Of a DNA stretch of 64,000 nucleotides, positions 27,905 to 38,110 are shown in pieces. The position numbers and the translations under genes were made by a program. Numbering within the stretch: the stretch's first letter is position 1; the number at the start of each line of letters is the position of its first letter. The DNA lies in NCBI GenBank assembly GCA_049644325.1, contig JBARRR010000039.1, forward strand, positions 19,867-83,866, written 5' to 3'. This DNA is from Candidatus Dormiibacterota bacterium (GTDB taxonomy: Bacteria; Chloroflexota; Dormibacteria; DASZGP01). The notes beneath the pieces were generated by a model, which was not told the DNA's origin, ran no database searches, and worked only from the letters and a program-made list of their open reading frames with translations.

Positions 27905-28432
27905 CTAGCCTTGCGGGCTGGGGTTGAAGGCGACGTTGCCGGGGTCGAGCTTGCGGAAGTCCCAGCTGACGATCTTCTCGGGCTGCAGCCGCAGCCAGGC
28001 GTGGCGGCCGTCGTGGAAGACAACGTCACCGCCCATGTACCGGCGCGCAAGGATCAGCTCAGCTGTCTCCAGCTCGGGGTTCGGCTCCCCGGTTCGAGGC
28101 TGCTCGCCGATGGGCTCAACCCGGCCGATGAACTCGATGCCTCGGAGCTCGAAGTAATCGTCGCCGGTATCGACCACCACCGAAACCCGTGGGTCGCGCA
28201 TCAGGTTGGTCCACCGCTGGCTCTTGAGGATGGAGTAGAGCCAGATGCTGGCGCCATCCCACGCGTACCACATGGGCGTGACGTGGGGGCGGCCGTCGAA
28301 GCCGATCGAGCCAACCCGGCAGGTTCGCTGCTCGGCTAGCAGCTGCTCCATCTCCTCGGGCGTCAGGGCAATCCGGCGGGCCCGCCGCTGCTGCTGGGGT
28401 AGGTTGGGGGTGCTGCCCTCGGGCTCGGTCAT
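27905..28432 (-). CDS. Pyridoxamine 5-prime-phosphate oxidase family protein (PPOX class, probably F420-dependent).
   Basis: It has CRVGSIGFDGRPHVTPMWYAWDG and EKIVSWD. Confidence 0.7.
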   Translation of the reverse strand: MTEPEGSTPNLPQQQRRARRIALTPEEMEQLLAEQRTCRVGSIGFDGRPHVTPMWYAWDGASIWLYSILKSQRWTNLMRDPRVSVVVDTGDDYFELRGIEFIGRVEPIGEQPRTGEPNPELETAELILARRYMGGDVVFHDGRHAWLRLQPEKIVSWDFRKLDPGNVAFNPSPQG

Positions 28433-28690
28433 CGAGGCGGATTATGCCCGACCCGGGGCCGAGCCGCCTCCACTTCCTCGGCGTCGGGGTGGCCTATCGT
28501 GGGCATGTGTCAACGTTCCATGGCACACGATTTCGAGTTGACTTTTTGGTGCGACTGGGGGTACTGTCCCGTACAACGCACCGCGTCATGACTGATGTGT
28601 CATATTCTATGATCCGTCGGACGGACGCAGGCTTGAATCATTGTCCGGCCGGGGGTCTCTCGAACCCCCGGAGGACTACCGAGGTACCCC

Positions 28691-29896
28691 ATGATCAGCT
28701 TTGAACTGAGCGCTGAGCAGCTCGAGATGAAGCAGTGGATCCACGAGTTCGCGGAGAAGAAGATTCGCCCGGCGGCCGCGGAGTGGGACGAGAAGGAAGA
28801 GATGCCCTGGCCCATCATCCAGGAGGCGGCCGAGGTCGGCATCTACTCGGTTGACTTCCTGCAGCAGACCTTCGCTGGCGACCCCACCGGGCTGCTCGGC
28901 CCGATCGCCCAGGAGGAGCTCTTCTGGGGCGACGCCGGTATCGGGCTAGCGATCATGGGCTCCAGCCTGGCCGCCGCCGGCATCTTCGCCAGCGGGACCC
29001 CCGACCAGGTGATGCAGTGGATCCCCGAGTGCTACGGAACTCCCACCGACATCAAGCTGGGCGCTTTCGCCGTCACCGAGCCCAACGCCGGCTCCGACGT
29101 CCGCAGCCTCAAGACCACTGCCAAGCGCGACGGTGACGACTGGGTGCTGAACGGCACCAAGGTCTTCATCACCAACGGCGGCATCGCCGACACCCACGTG
29201 GTGGTGGCCTCCGTCGACCCCGAGCTGGGCGCCAAGGGCCAGGCTACCTTCGTGGTCCCCAAGGGCACCAAGGGCATCAGCCAGGGCCAGAAGCACAAGA
29301 AGCTGGGCATCCGCGCCTCCCATACGGCCGAGGTGGTCCTCGAGGAGTGCCGCATCCCGGCGGATAACCTGCTCGGCGGCGAGGAGAAGCTCGAGGCCCG
29401 GCTGGCCAAGGCCAAGGAGGGCCACGTAAGCAAGGGCTCGGGGGCGCTGCGCACCTTCGAGATGACCCGCCCGCTGGTGGGCGCTCAGGCGGTCGGCATC
29501 GCCCGCGCCGCCTACGAGTACGCGCTGGACTACGCCAAGGAGCGCGAGGCATTCGGCCGCCCCATCATCGAGAACCAGGCGATCGCCTTCAAGCTGGCTG
29601 ACATGTGCACCGAGATCGAGGCGTCTCGGATGCTGGTCTGGCACGCGGCCTGGATGGCGGCTCAGCAGAAGGACTTCGACAAGGGCCAGGGCTCGATGTC
29701 CAAGCTCAAGGCCGGCGAGACCGCGGTCTGGGTCACCGAGCAGGCCATCCAGATCCTGGGGGGTTACGGCTACATCCGCGATTACCCCGTGGAGCGCTGG
29801 TATCGCGACTCCAAGATCTACACCATTTTCGAGGGCACCTCGGAGATCCAGCGGCTGGTTATCAGCCGCGCCATCTCCGGCAACCGGGCGATGTAG
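28691..29896 (+). CDS. Acyl-CoA dehydrogenase.
   Basis: An ACAD fold is recognisable (AFAVTEPNAGSDV, YGGYGY-like GGYGYIRDYPVERWYRD). The product is 401 aa. Confidence 0.85.
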   Translation: MISFELSAEQLEMKQWIHEFAEKKIRPAAAEWDEKEEMPWPIIQEAAEVGIYSVDFLQQTFAGDPTGLLGPIAQEELFWGDAGIGLAIMGSSLAAAGIFASGTPDQVMQWIPECYGTPTDIKLGAFAVTEPNAGSDVRSLKTTAKRDGDDWVLNGTKVFITNGGIADTHVVVASVDPELGAKGQATFVVPKGTKGISQGQKHKKLGIRASHTAEVVLEECRIPADNLLGGEEKLEARLAKAKEGHVSKGSGALRTFEMTRPLVGAQAVGIARAAYEYALDYAKEREAFGRPIIENQAIAFKLADMCTEIEASRMLVWHAAWMAAQQKDFDKGQGSMSKLKAGETAVWVTEQAIQILGGYGYIRDYPVERWYRDSKIYTIFEGTSEIQRLVISRAISGNRAM

Positions 29897-29929
29897 CCGG
29901 CGGGGGTCCGCTCCCGCCCCCTGGTGGCG

Positions 29930-30760
29930 CTACGGCCTGCGGGCCCGGATCGAGAAGCTCAGCGGGATCCGCGGCCGGCCCGGTGGCATCCGGTACCAGC
30001 GGCCGGGCTCGTCGGGATCGTCTTCGTCCAGCTCCAGGATCGGCAGCATCTGGAACGGGATGCGGTCGTGCTCGTGCACAAACTCGATCACCAGGCCGGC
30101 GCCGGCGAGGGCGCTGACGACCTGGCCCAGGGTCCAGGTCCACTCGTACGTGCGCCGGTTGACGACGGCCTCCTCGCGGTCGGCATAGCTCCCCTGGCTC
30201 TCGAACTGCTGTGGGAAATGGCCGGGGAAGTAGTCGTACCTGACCTTCAGGTCGGCGAGGTCGGAGCTCTCGTCGTCGAAGGTCCAGGCGACGGGATGGC
30301 CCTCGGCGATGTAGAACGCGCCACCCGGTTCCAGGAAGTGGGCCACCACCTCGGCCCAGTGGCCGAGATCCGGCAGCCAGCCGATCACGCCCCACGAGGT
30401 GAAGACGATGTCGAAGGTCCCATCGAGGTTGTTGGGCAGGTCGTCGATCGAGGAGAGGACGAAGGTGGCGTCGACCCCGCAGGCCGCGGCCAGCCGGCGG
30501 GCCTCGTCGATCGCGGCCTCGGCAAAGTCCACGCCCGTGACCAGGGCTCCGAGGCGCGCCCAGGAGACGGTCTCGGTCCCGATGTGGCATTGCAGGTGCA
30601 GCAGTCGCCGCCCCTCAACCGGGCCCACCTCGTCGATCTCCAGGCGGTGCAGCGAGCTGCCGCCGCCGCGCAGCCGGTCGAGGTCGTAGAAGGCGGTGCC
30701 GGGGTGAAGGCGGGCCAGCTCGTTCCAGCGACGCTTGTTGACCTCCAGGTACTCGCTCAT
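29930..30760 (-). CDS. Class I SAM-dependent methyltransferase.
   Basis: Motif I is LLHLQCHIGTETVSWARLGALVTGVDF. Confidence 0.75.
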   Translation of the reverse strand: MSEYLEVNKRRWNELARLHPGTAFYDLDRLRGGGSSLHRLEIDEVGPVEGRRLLHLQCHIGTETVSWARLGALVTGVDFAEAAIDEARRLAAACGVDATFVLSSIDDLPNNLDGTFDIVFTSWGVIGWLPDLGHWAEVVAHFLEPGGAFYIAEGHPVAWTFDDESSDLADLKVRYDYFPGHFPQQFESQGSYADREEAVVNRRTYEWTWTLGQVVSALAGAGLVIEFVHEHDRIPFQMLPILELDEDDPDEPGRWYRMPPGRPRIPLSFSIRARRP

Positions 30761-30786
30761 CGGCTATCGGGCGAAGACGATCACGC

Positions 30787-31713
30787 CTACTGCACCACGA
30801 CAGTCACGGTGTAGGCGTTGCCGTTGGCGATGCCGATGCCCAGGTCGGTCCGACCGCTGGCGAGGCCTTGATATGTGGTCACGAAGCCGCTGTCGGTGCC
30901 GCCGACCTTGTCGCAGGCGACCTGCCGTAGCACCTGGGGGTTGGAAACCTCGGGGCAGCCCTCGGCGCCCCGAAAGAGGATGGGTGAGCTGGTCTGGCCG
31001 ATGGAGAGTGTGGCGATGATGTTGTGACTCTGCGAAGGCGTCACCACGACACAGCCGCGGGCACAGGGGTTGTTCTGGCCCTGGGCCGCCCCGGTGGCCC
31101 CCGCGAAGAGAGCGGGGAGGAAACGGAGCCCGAAGAAGAGGCCGACCACGATCAGCAGGACGGCGGTCCCGCTGAGCCCGGCGGCTCGCGCGCGCCGGCC
31201 ACGGCCATACATCAGGTTGCGCTCGACGTAGTCGACCTGGCCGATGCCGGGCGCCGCCTCGCCGCGCTCCAGGCGCTTGACGACGTCGCGGACCAGGCCG
31301 GCCGAGGGACTTCCCGGCGGCCGTCCCCTGGCTTCGACCACACCCCCCGGAGCGATGGTCCAGACCGCCGAGCTGACCGCCGCGCCGTCCACCGGTCCGG
31401 CCCGGGCGCTGCCGTCGACGGCGATCACCAACACCCCGGGGGCGACCCGTCGCTGGATGGCGTTGGGGGTGAGGTTCTCTGCCGCCCATACCGCCGCCGC
31501 TCGGGCAGCCTCCTGGGGGTCGACGCCGGGCTCGGTGAAGCCGATCAGCGAGGGCCGCGGCCCCAGGTGCTTGAGGGCCAGGCGGACGAAGCGGTCGCGG
31601 ATGCCGGTGAAGCGCTCGTCACTGGCGTCGATCAACCGATATCCCGAGGGCACGATACGCAGCAGCGCCGCCCGGGCCAGGTCATCGGCGGTGTAGGGCT
31701 GGTTATCCTCCAT
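30787..31713 (-). CDS. Hypothetical single-pass membrane protein with a Cys-containing extracytoplasmic C-terminal domain.
   Basis: It has one central TM (VLLIVVGLFFGLRFLPALFAG). It lies upstream of, and on the same strand as, the methyltransferase. Confidence 0.45.
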   Translation of the reverse strand: MEDNQPYTADDLARAALLRIVPSGYRLIDASDERFTGIRDRFVRLALKHLGPRPSLIGFTEPGVDPQEAARAAAVWAAENLTPNAIQRRVAPGVLVIAVDGSARAGPVDGAAVSSAVWTIAPGGVVEARGRPPGSPSAGLVRDVVKRLERGEAAPGIGQVDYVERNLMYGRGRRARAAGLSGTAVLLIVVGLFFGLRFLPALFAGATGAAQGQNNPCARGCVVVTPSQSHNIIATLSIGQTSSPILFRGAEGCPEVSNPQVLRQVACDKVGGTDSGFVTTYQGLASGRTDLGIGIANGNAYTVTVVVQ

Positions 31714-31751
31714 GTGGATACGATAGGGCGCATTCGCGAGGAGGTCTGGAC

Positions 31752-32279
31752 GTGGGCAACACGGTTGAGAACAGCATCGAGATCGACAGTCCCATCGGCG
31801 ACGTGTTCGCGTTCGTCGACGACTACCAGAACGTGACCAAGTACATCGTGGGCATGACCGAGTACAAGCCGCTGACCAAGCAGACCAGCGGCCAGGGCTC
31901 GCAATTTCGGTTCGTCAAGAAGACCACCGGGCTGCCGGACATCAAGTCAGACGTCGAGATCACCGACTGGGCCAAGGACAAGAAGATCAGCTTCAAATCG
32001 TTCGCCGGCTTTGACAACGGCGGCACCTACACGTTCTCGACCAAGGGCGGGGCGACGGTGGTCAAGCTGAGCAACTCCTACGACCTCGCCAGCCTGATGG
32101 GGGGCGGCCGCGGTGGGATCTTTGGCGGCATCGGTAAGGCCGTCGGGGGCGTCGCCTCCAAGGCGGCGGAGGGCCAGGTGCGCAAGGACCTGACCAGGTC
32201 GCTGGAGAACCTCCGCGACAAGGTGGAGGCGACAGCCAAGAAGCCCGCGGCCAAGAAAGCGGCGGCCCGAAAGGCATAG
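31752..32279 (+). CDS. SRPBCC-family (START / polyketide-cyclase-like) protein with a Lys/Ala-rich tail.
   Basis: It has SIEIDSPIGDVFAFVDDYQNVTKY. The GTG start is preceded by AGGAGG. GC is locally lower. Confidence 0.7.
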   Translation: MGNTVENSIEIDSPIGDVFAFVDDYQNVTKYIVGMTEYKPLTKQTSGQGSQFRFVKKTTGLPDIKSDVEITDWAKDKKISFKSFAGFDNGGTYTFSTKGGATVVKLSNSYDLASLMGGGRGGIFGGIGKAVGGVASKAAEGQVRKDLTRSLENLRDKVEATAKKPAAKKAAARKA

Positions 32280-32287
32280 GACAGACG

Positions 32288-33187
32288 GTGAGCCCCCGCC
32301 GGCCGGGCGGCGCCGCCGGCAAGCTCAACGCTGCTCCGACGGCGCCGGACAACGCGCCCGTCGAGCTGGAGCCCCAGTATGCCCAGGTGGGGCCGGCCAG
32401 CGTCTACCACTACGACGTGGGCACCGGCCCGGCGGTGCTGTTGCTGCACGGCTGGAACCACCACGCCGAGGCGTGGATCCGAAACGTCGGGCCGCTGTCG
32501 AAGGCCGGGTACCGCGTGGTGGTCCCCGACCTGCCCGGCTTTGGCCGGTCGGGCATGCCTCGGATCGACTACTCGCTGAAGGGCTACGCCCGCTTCGTCA
32601 CCCGCTTCCTCGACGAGCTGGGCATCGACCGGGCGACGATCGCGGGCAGCTCGATGGGCGGCGCCATTGCGCTGAAGACCGCCGCCGACCACCCTGAACG
32701 GGTCAGCGCCGTCGTCGGCGTCGACCCGGCGGGGATGTTCACCAGCGCGCCCAAGCTGTGGTCGTTGCTGGCGTCGCCGCTCCTGAGGGCTGCGGTCCGG
32801 CCCTTCGTGGGTCACCGTCGCATCCTCGAGGAGTCGCACAAGAACGCCTACTACGACCGGGCGCTGTCGTCACCTCAGCAGGTCGACGTGATGGCCGAGG
32901 CCCACCTGCAGCCGGGGTACAAGGAGCACTTCATGCGGATGGCCGAGCGCCTGACCGACTCCGAGCAGGAGCTGCTCTGGGATGTGCTGCCGCAGCTGAA
33001 GATGCCGGTGCTGGTGACCTGGGGACGCCAGGACCGGACCCTGCCGGTGCAGCACGCCTACCGGGCCGCGCAACGTATGCCCGACGCCGAGCTGATCCTC
33101 TACGACCACTGCGGGCACCTGCCGATGTACGAGAAGGCCGAGGACTTCAACCGCGACCTGGTCGACTTCCTGCGCCGGCGTCTCTGA
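32288..33187 (+). CDS. Alpha/beta hydrolase.
   Basis: It has the HGWNHH oxyanion region and a GSSMGG nucleophile elbow. Confidence 0.8.
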   Translation: MSPRRPGGAAGKLNAAPTAPDNAPVELEPQYAQVGPASVYHYDVGTGPAVLLLHGWNHHAEAWIRNVGPLSKAGYRVVVPDLPGFGRSGMPRIDYSLKGYARFVTRFLDELGIDRATIAGSSMGGAIALKTAADHPERVSAVVGVDPAGMFTSAPKLWSLLASPLLRAAVRPFVGHRRILEESHKNAYYDRALSSPQQVDVMAEAHLQPGYKEHFMRMAERLTDSEQELLWDVLPQLKMPVLVTWGRQDRTLPVQHAYRAAQRMPDAELILYDHCGHLPMYEKAEDFNRDLVDFLRRRL

Positions 33188-33226
33188 GCCGCGAGTCCAA
33201 CACCGCCTCCGCGGAGGCGGCGCCGG

Positions 33227-33619
33227 CTAAGCCCGGAGCTGCCTGAGCCGCAGCCCGGCGGCGACTAGGAGGGCCAGCGCCAGCAGGCTGAGCAGGGGGA
33301 TGTCGGTCTGGGGGTTGCCGCCGAGGTCGCGATCGATGACGTGGCTGATGACGTGGACCGTGGCGGCGATGCCACCGGCGGTGAGGCTCACGAGCAGGGC
33401 ATCGCTCCACGCCAGGGCGAGGAACAGCGCCATGCCCAGCCCCAGCTGGAACGCGCCGACGTCGTGGATGAAGTGCTGGTTGTACGGCGGGAAGACCGCA
33501 AGCCGGGCGAAGAACGACTGCGGGTCGAGGAGGGCCCAGAAACCGATGCCGAGGTTGAAGAGGCCCACAACCACCACAACCACGCGTGTGGCCAAGGTGG
33601 CCGGCTTCCCACCCCTCAT
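33227..33619 (-). CDS. Small four-TM membrane protein (hypothetical).
   Basis: The start is taken at MRGGKPATLA. It has four hydrophobic helices and lies just downstream of mmpL on the same strand. Confidence 0.45.
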   Translation of the reverse strand: MRGGKPATLATRVVVVVVGLFNLGIGFWALLDPQSFFARLAVFPPYNQHFIHDVGAFQLGLGMALFLALAWSDALLVSLTAGGIAATVHVISHVIDRDLGGNPQTDIPLLSLLALALLVAAGLRLRQLRA

Positions 33620-33654
33620 CGTTTCGCCTCCTTCGTCGATTGGCAAGCCAGGAC

Positions 33655-36600
33655 CTACTTCGCCGGCTGCATCCGGGGCCGGCCGCCGGCCTTGGCGGAG
33701 CCGCCGGTGGCTTCCAGGGCCTCGACCCGGGCCCGGCTCATGCCGAAGTGCGGCCACCAGTTCCATTTGCCGAGGAGCACCGCCACCGCGGGGACCACGA
33801 AGCTGCGCACCACAAAGGTGTCCAGCAGCAGCCCGAAGGTGATGGCGAAGCCGGTTTCGGCGATGTTGAGCACGGGCGACGTGACCATCGCCGCGAACGT
33901 TCCGGCGAAGATGATCCCTGCCGATGTGATGATTGCGCCGGTTCGGCGGATGGCGCGTCCAATGCCCTCCTTGGGATCCGCGAGAACCTCCTCGCGGACG
34001 CGCGACATCAGGAAGATGTTGTAGTCGGCGCCCACCGCCACCAGCATGACGAAGGCGAAGATGGGCACCGTCCAGTCAATCGCCCCCTTGTGCAGGAGGT
34101 ACTGCCAGACGACGGTGGTAAAGCCCATGGCGGCGGCGTACGAGACCAGCACCGACGCCAGCAGGTAGACCGGTGCCACCAGGCTGCGAAGCAGCAGGAT
34201 CAGGACCAACAGCACACCGACCAGCACCGCGATCGCCACCACCAGGAAGTCGCGGGTGAAGAGGGTGCGGAGGTTGTCGTTCTGGGGCGCGAACCCGGCG
34301 GCCAGGACGTGGGCGCTGCCCAGACGGGTCCCGGACAGGGTGGTCGAGGCGGCTGACTTCTCCTTCTGCACCCGGTCCATCGCCGCTGTGCTGAAAGGGT
34401 CGTCCTTGCCCAACACCACGATCCGGGCGGTGGTGCCGTCGCTGGAGATGAAGTAGTAGCGGGCCAGCGCCAGCTGCGGGTTGTTGAGCTGGTCGGGCGG
34501 GATGAAGAAGCTGTCGCTGCCATTGGCGGCGACGGAGTTGAGATAGTCGGCGGCCTGGCCCAGGCCGGTCTTGAGCTGTTCGGTCCCTGAGGCGATCTGG
34601 CCCACGCCGCCACTGACCTGGCTGGCGCCGCCGCTCACCTGGCTGGCGCCACCGGCCAGCTGGCCCAACTTGTCCTTGAACGTCTGCTCACCCGCCTCCA
34701 GCTGCTGCACCCCCGCCTGCGCCTGGACCAGGCCGGCGTGGAGTTGGCCGAGGCCGTCGGCAAGGCTGCCGTTGCCGGTGGCGATCTTGTCGGCGCCGGC
34801 CTTCATGCCTCGCAGGCCCGGCAGCAGCTGGTTGGTCTCGGCGTCGTACACCCCCTGGACGTGGGCCTTGGCGGTGGCGCAGTTGACGCTGATGGCGCAG
34901 GTGGGGTCGGTGTTGAGCAGGATCAGGGCGGTGTTCAAATGCTCCGTGGCCAGCTGCACGCCCCCAATGGACGCGTCCAGCCCGGCTGAGAGCTGCTTGG
35001 CGCCGTCGCGGAGCTGGGCCGAGCCAGCCTGGGCCGACGCCGAGCCTGACACCGCCTGCCCCAACCCGGAGTTCTCCTGTTGCAGGCCGGCGATGAAGGG
35101 GTCGACGCTGTTCTGCGCCTGCTGGGCGCCGCCGGCGACCTGGCCGGCGCCGTTGGCCACCTGCCCGCTGCCGTCCTTGAGCTGCTGCACGCCGCCGCTA
35201 CCCGCCTGCAGCTGGTCGCGGGCCTGCTGCAGGCCCTGGCCCACCTGGCCGGCCTGGTAGGGGATCGAGGCCTGGGGGATGCGGTCGCCACCCGGCTGGG
35301 TGAAGCTGCGCACCGACGTCACGCCGGGGACCCTGGTCTCGGACTTGGTGACGCTGTCGAGGAGGGCCAGGTCCTGGGGGTTGCGGAGGTCGTGGTCCGA
35401 CTGCACCAGGATGTAGTCGGGCAGGATCTCGCCGGCGGTGTAGTGATGGTCGAGGGTGTAGAGCCCCTGGATGCTTTCGTTGCCCTGCGGCTGGGGCGTG
35501 CGCTCGTCGTAGGTCAGCTTCATCAGCGGGTAGAGCCCGGCCAGCGCCAGCAGCGGGATCAGGGCCATGACCAGCACCTGGCGGGGCCGCGACACGATCA
35601 GCCGGGAGGCGCCACTCCAGAAGCGGCTGCTCTTCTCGTTCTCGATCTTCTGGGGCCAGAAGAAGCGCTTGCCCCCGATCGCGATCAGCGCCGGCGTCAG
35701 CGTCAGGCCCGCCACCAGGGTAATCGCCACCGACACCGCGATCGCCGGCCCGGTGGTGTTGAACAGCGACACGTTGGCCTGGGTCATGGCCAGGCCGCCG
35801 ATGACCACGGTGGCGGCGGCGGTGGCGATCGCCTCACCGACCCGCCGGGTCGCGGTCTTGAGGGCTTTGGGCTTGTCCTCCCCGCGCGACATCTGCTCTT
35901 TGAAGCGGCTGATCAGGAAGATGCAGTAGTCCGTGCCCGCGCCGAAGACGATGGCCAGTAAGAACGTCTCGGTGAACGACGCCACCTTGATGTAGTGGAG
36001 CCCGAGGAGGGCGACGATAGGCCGCACCACCAGGATCGCCAGCACGATCGTGGTCAACGGGATCAGCGGCGTCACCGGCGACCGATAGATCACCAGCAGG
36101 ATCACGATCAGCAAGATCAATGTGATGACCGTGGTCTGGCTGACGCTCGATTCGATGCTCTTCTGGAAGTCGGCGATGATCGCGGTGTCGCCGGTGACGT
36201 AGGTGGTCAGGTCGGCGGGCCGATCCTGCTTGACCAGGTCGCGGAGGAAGAACGCGTCGCCATCGGCGCTCGGGGTGCCCACCGCGGCCTTGAGCCCTAC
36301 GGGAATGTAGAGCGCCTTGCCGTCCTTGCTCTCAACCGCCGATTTGAACTCGGGGTGGGAAATGTAGTCCTGGACGAAGGCGACCCGGTCAGGATGCTGG
36401 TTGAGGCGGCCCACCACCATGGCGTAGTAGTCCCTGTCCGTCTGGGAGATGCCGTCCTTGTTCTCCAGGACCAGGATCGCGTAGCCCCCCGCGTCGGAGC
36501 CGGCGAACTTCTCGCCCATAACCTTGTAGGCCTGCATGACGTCGGCGCTGGCCGGTAGGAATGGCGTGGCGTCGCGCTTGACGACCTCCTCGAGCTGGGG

Positions 36601-36696
36601 GATGAAGATGTTGAGCAGCACGGCGGCCAGCACCCAGGCCCCGATGATTGGGTACCGAAAGCGGGTGGCGAACTCGCCGAGCCTGCGGAAGACCAT
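33655..36696 (-). CDS. MMPL-family RND transporter.
   Basis: It is 1013 aa with two 6-TM bundles and a Gly/Gln-rich repeat-containing periplasmic insert. There is an ATGA overlap with the upstream TetR gene. Confidence 0.85.
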   Translation of the reverse strand: MVFRRLGEFATRFRYPIIGAWVLAAVLLNIFIPQLEEVVKRDATPFLPASADVMQAYKVMGEKFAGSDAGGYAILVLENKDGISQTDRDYYAMVVGRLNQHPDRVAFVQDYISHPEFKSAVESKDGKALYIPVGLKAAVGTPSADGDAFFLRDLVKQDRPADLTTYVTGDTAIIADFQKSIESSVSQTTVITLILLIVILLVIYRSPVTPLIPLTTIVLAILVVRPIVALLGLHYIKVASFTETFLLAIVFGAGTDYCIFLISRFKEQMSRGEDKPKALKTATRRVGEAIATAAATVVIGGLAMTQANVSLFNTTGPAIAVSVAITLVAGLTLTPALIAIGGKRFFWPQKIENEKSSRFWSGASRLIVSRPRQVLVMALIPLLALAGLYPLMKLTYDERTPQPQGNESIQGLYTLDHHYTAGEILPDYILVQSDHDLRNPQDLALLDSVTKSETRVPGVTSVRSFTQPGGDRIPQASIPYQAGQVGQGLQQARDQLQAGSGGVQQLKDGSGQVANGAGQVAGGAQQAQNSVDPFIAGLQQENSGLGQAVSGSASAQAGSAQLRDGAKQLSAGLDASIGGVQLATEHLNTALILLNTDPTCAISVNCATAKAHVQGVYDAETNQLLPGLRGMKAGADKIATGNGSLADGLGQLHAGLVQAQAGVQQLEAGEQTFKDKLGQLAGGASQVSGGASQVSGGVGQIASGTEQLKTGLGQAADYLNSVAANGSDSFFIPPDQLNNPQLALARYYFISSDGTTARIVVLGKDDPFSTAAMDRVQKEKSAASTTLSGTRLGSAHVLAAGFAPQNDNLRTLFTRDFLVVAIAVLVGVLLVLILLLRSLVAPVYLLASVLVSYAAAMGFTTVVWQYLLHKGAIDWTVPIFAFVMLVAVGADYNIFLMSRVREEVLADPKEGIGRAIRRTGAIITSAGIIFAGTFAAMVTSPVLNIAETGFAITFGLLLDTFVVRSFVVPAVAVLLGKWNWWPHFGMSRARVEALEATGGSAKAGGRPRMQPAK

Positions 36697-37448
36697 CAGC
36701 CGGGTTTGGCCTCCGGGTCGATCGCCCTGGCCGGGGCCTGGCCGAACGGTGACGGCGTGGCAGGTGTGTCGGCCGAGTTCAGGATGTCCTCGAAGACCTC
36801 AAGCGGAGGCGTCTCTCCCGCCCACGCGTAGCTGGCGGCGGCGCTGCTCGCCCATAGGAAACCGAGACCCCGGAAGAGCCGGTCCTTGCCAAACTCGGGT
36901 TCCAGCACGTTCCGCAGCAGGACTCCATCGATGGTCGCCAGCAGGATGGCGGCGAACTCCTCCTCCGGGATGGGGGGCGCCAGTGGCAAGTCTTCGGACA
37001 GCCGGTGCACCATCGCGGTCGTCTCCGCGGTGAGGTCGCGGTACAGCTCGGCGACCTCCTTGCGCAGCCGCTCATTGGTGAAGCTGAGGCTGATCAGGTC
37101 AAAGAACAGGCGGCAGGAGTCGGATTGTGTCGCGTACTCGTCGCGGATCACCCTGAGGCTGGTCCACATCTGGGTCAGGGGATCGCCACTGACCTCTGCC
37201 ATCCCAGCCTTGATGTTGGTCAGCATCTGGTCGTTGAGGTTGCGGACCACGGCAACGAGGAGGTCCTCCTTGGTACCGAAGTAGTAGTGGATCAGACCCT
37301 GGGCCACGCCGGCCTCGGCGGCGATGTCCTTCATCGAGGTATTGCCGTAACCCTGGCGGCTCATGGCCGCGCTGGCGGCTTCGATGATGTGGCGGGCGCG
37401 CTCCTGGGCGGCGGGGCTTTGTACGGTGGCGGGGAGTGCGACGTTCAA
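36696..37448 (-). CDS. TetR/AcrR-family transcriptional regulator.
   Basis: It has an N-terminal HTH: YGNTSMKDIAAEAGVAQGLIHYYFGTKEDLL. Confidence 0.85.
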   Translation of the reverse strand: MNVALPATVQSPAAQERARHIIEAASAAMSRQGYGNTSMKDIAAEAGVAQGLIHYYFGTKEDLLVAVVRNLNDQMLTNIKAGMAEVSGDPLTQMWTSLRVIRDEYATQSDSCRLFFDLISLSFTNERLRKEVAELYRDLTAETTAMVHRLSEDLPLAPPIPEEEFAAILLATIDGVLLRNVLEPEFGKDRLFRGLGFLWASSAAASYAWAGETPPLEVFEDILNSADTPATPSPFGQAPARAIDPEAKPG

Positions 37449-37464
37449 CTTAGAAACCTCTGCT

Positions 37465-37503
37465 AGTTGATCGATCAGTCAACATTGTTTGATCATTCAA
37501 TCA
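37465..37503. promoter_or_regulatory. Two palindromes upstream of tetR; candidate TetR operators.
   Basis: The first is GTTGATCGATCAGTCAAC, which contains the palindrome TGATCGATCA. The second is TTGATCATTCAATCAA. Confidence 0.45.
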
Positions 37504-37703
37504 AGGTCGTAAACGGATGTCAAGGCCGCGGTCCCCACTGGCACAACCTACCGTGGCAAAGCTTCTAGCCCATAGGCAAAAGGACACATTCGACCGAGGC
37601 GGAGATTGAGAGTCGCGGGCCGCGCTTGACACCAACCGGCGCCGGTGCCAGCCTTCCCCGCTGGAGCGGCGCTTGGCCGCCGAGGTTCGCAGGAGGAGCG
37701 CAA

Positions 37704-38102
37704 ATGGGAGCAGCAGAGTACGCAGAGGCGGCGAGGCGCGGCTACAAGGCCTTCCAGGAGAACGACGTCGAGACCCTGCAGCAGGTGCTCGCGCCAGACG
37801 TCAAGTGGCATGGCACCGGCCGCAACCAGACGGCAGGCGACTTCGACGGCCTCGACGCCACCCTGGGCAGCTTCCTCAACCTGGCCCAGCTGACAAACGG
37901 CACCTTCGGCGTCGAGGTCCACGATGTCCTCGCCAGCGACGACCATGCGGTAGTGCTGGCCACGTCGAAAGGCGAGCGCAACGGCAAGACTCTGGAGTCG
38001 AACTACTGCCACATCTTTCACTTCAACGACAGCGGCCAGGTCAGCGAGGCCTGGGTGGTGCCGGTTGACCCGTACGCCGGGGACGATTTCTTCGCCGACT
38101 GA
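37704..38102 (+). CDS. SnoaL-like / NTF2-fold protein.
   Basis: An AGGAGGAG SD precedes the ATG. It has YKAFQENDVETLQQVLAPDVKWHG. The exact start coordinate is approximate by ±2 nt. Confidence 0.6.
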   Translation: MGAAEYAEAARRGYKAFQENDVETLQQVLAPDVKWHGTGRNQTAGDFDGLDATLGSFLNLAQLTNGTFGVEVHDVLASDDHAVVLATSKGERNGKTLESNYCHIFHFNDSGQVSEAWVVPVDPYAGDDFFAD

Positions 38103-38110
38103 GCCGACGG

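Noticed and set aside
31752-32279. A lower-GC SRPBCC gene as possible horizontal transfer.
   Set aside because: It is a single gene with native-looking flanks and an SD. The lower GC is explained by the Lys-rich tail and there is no mobility signature.
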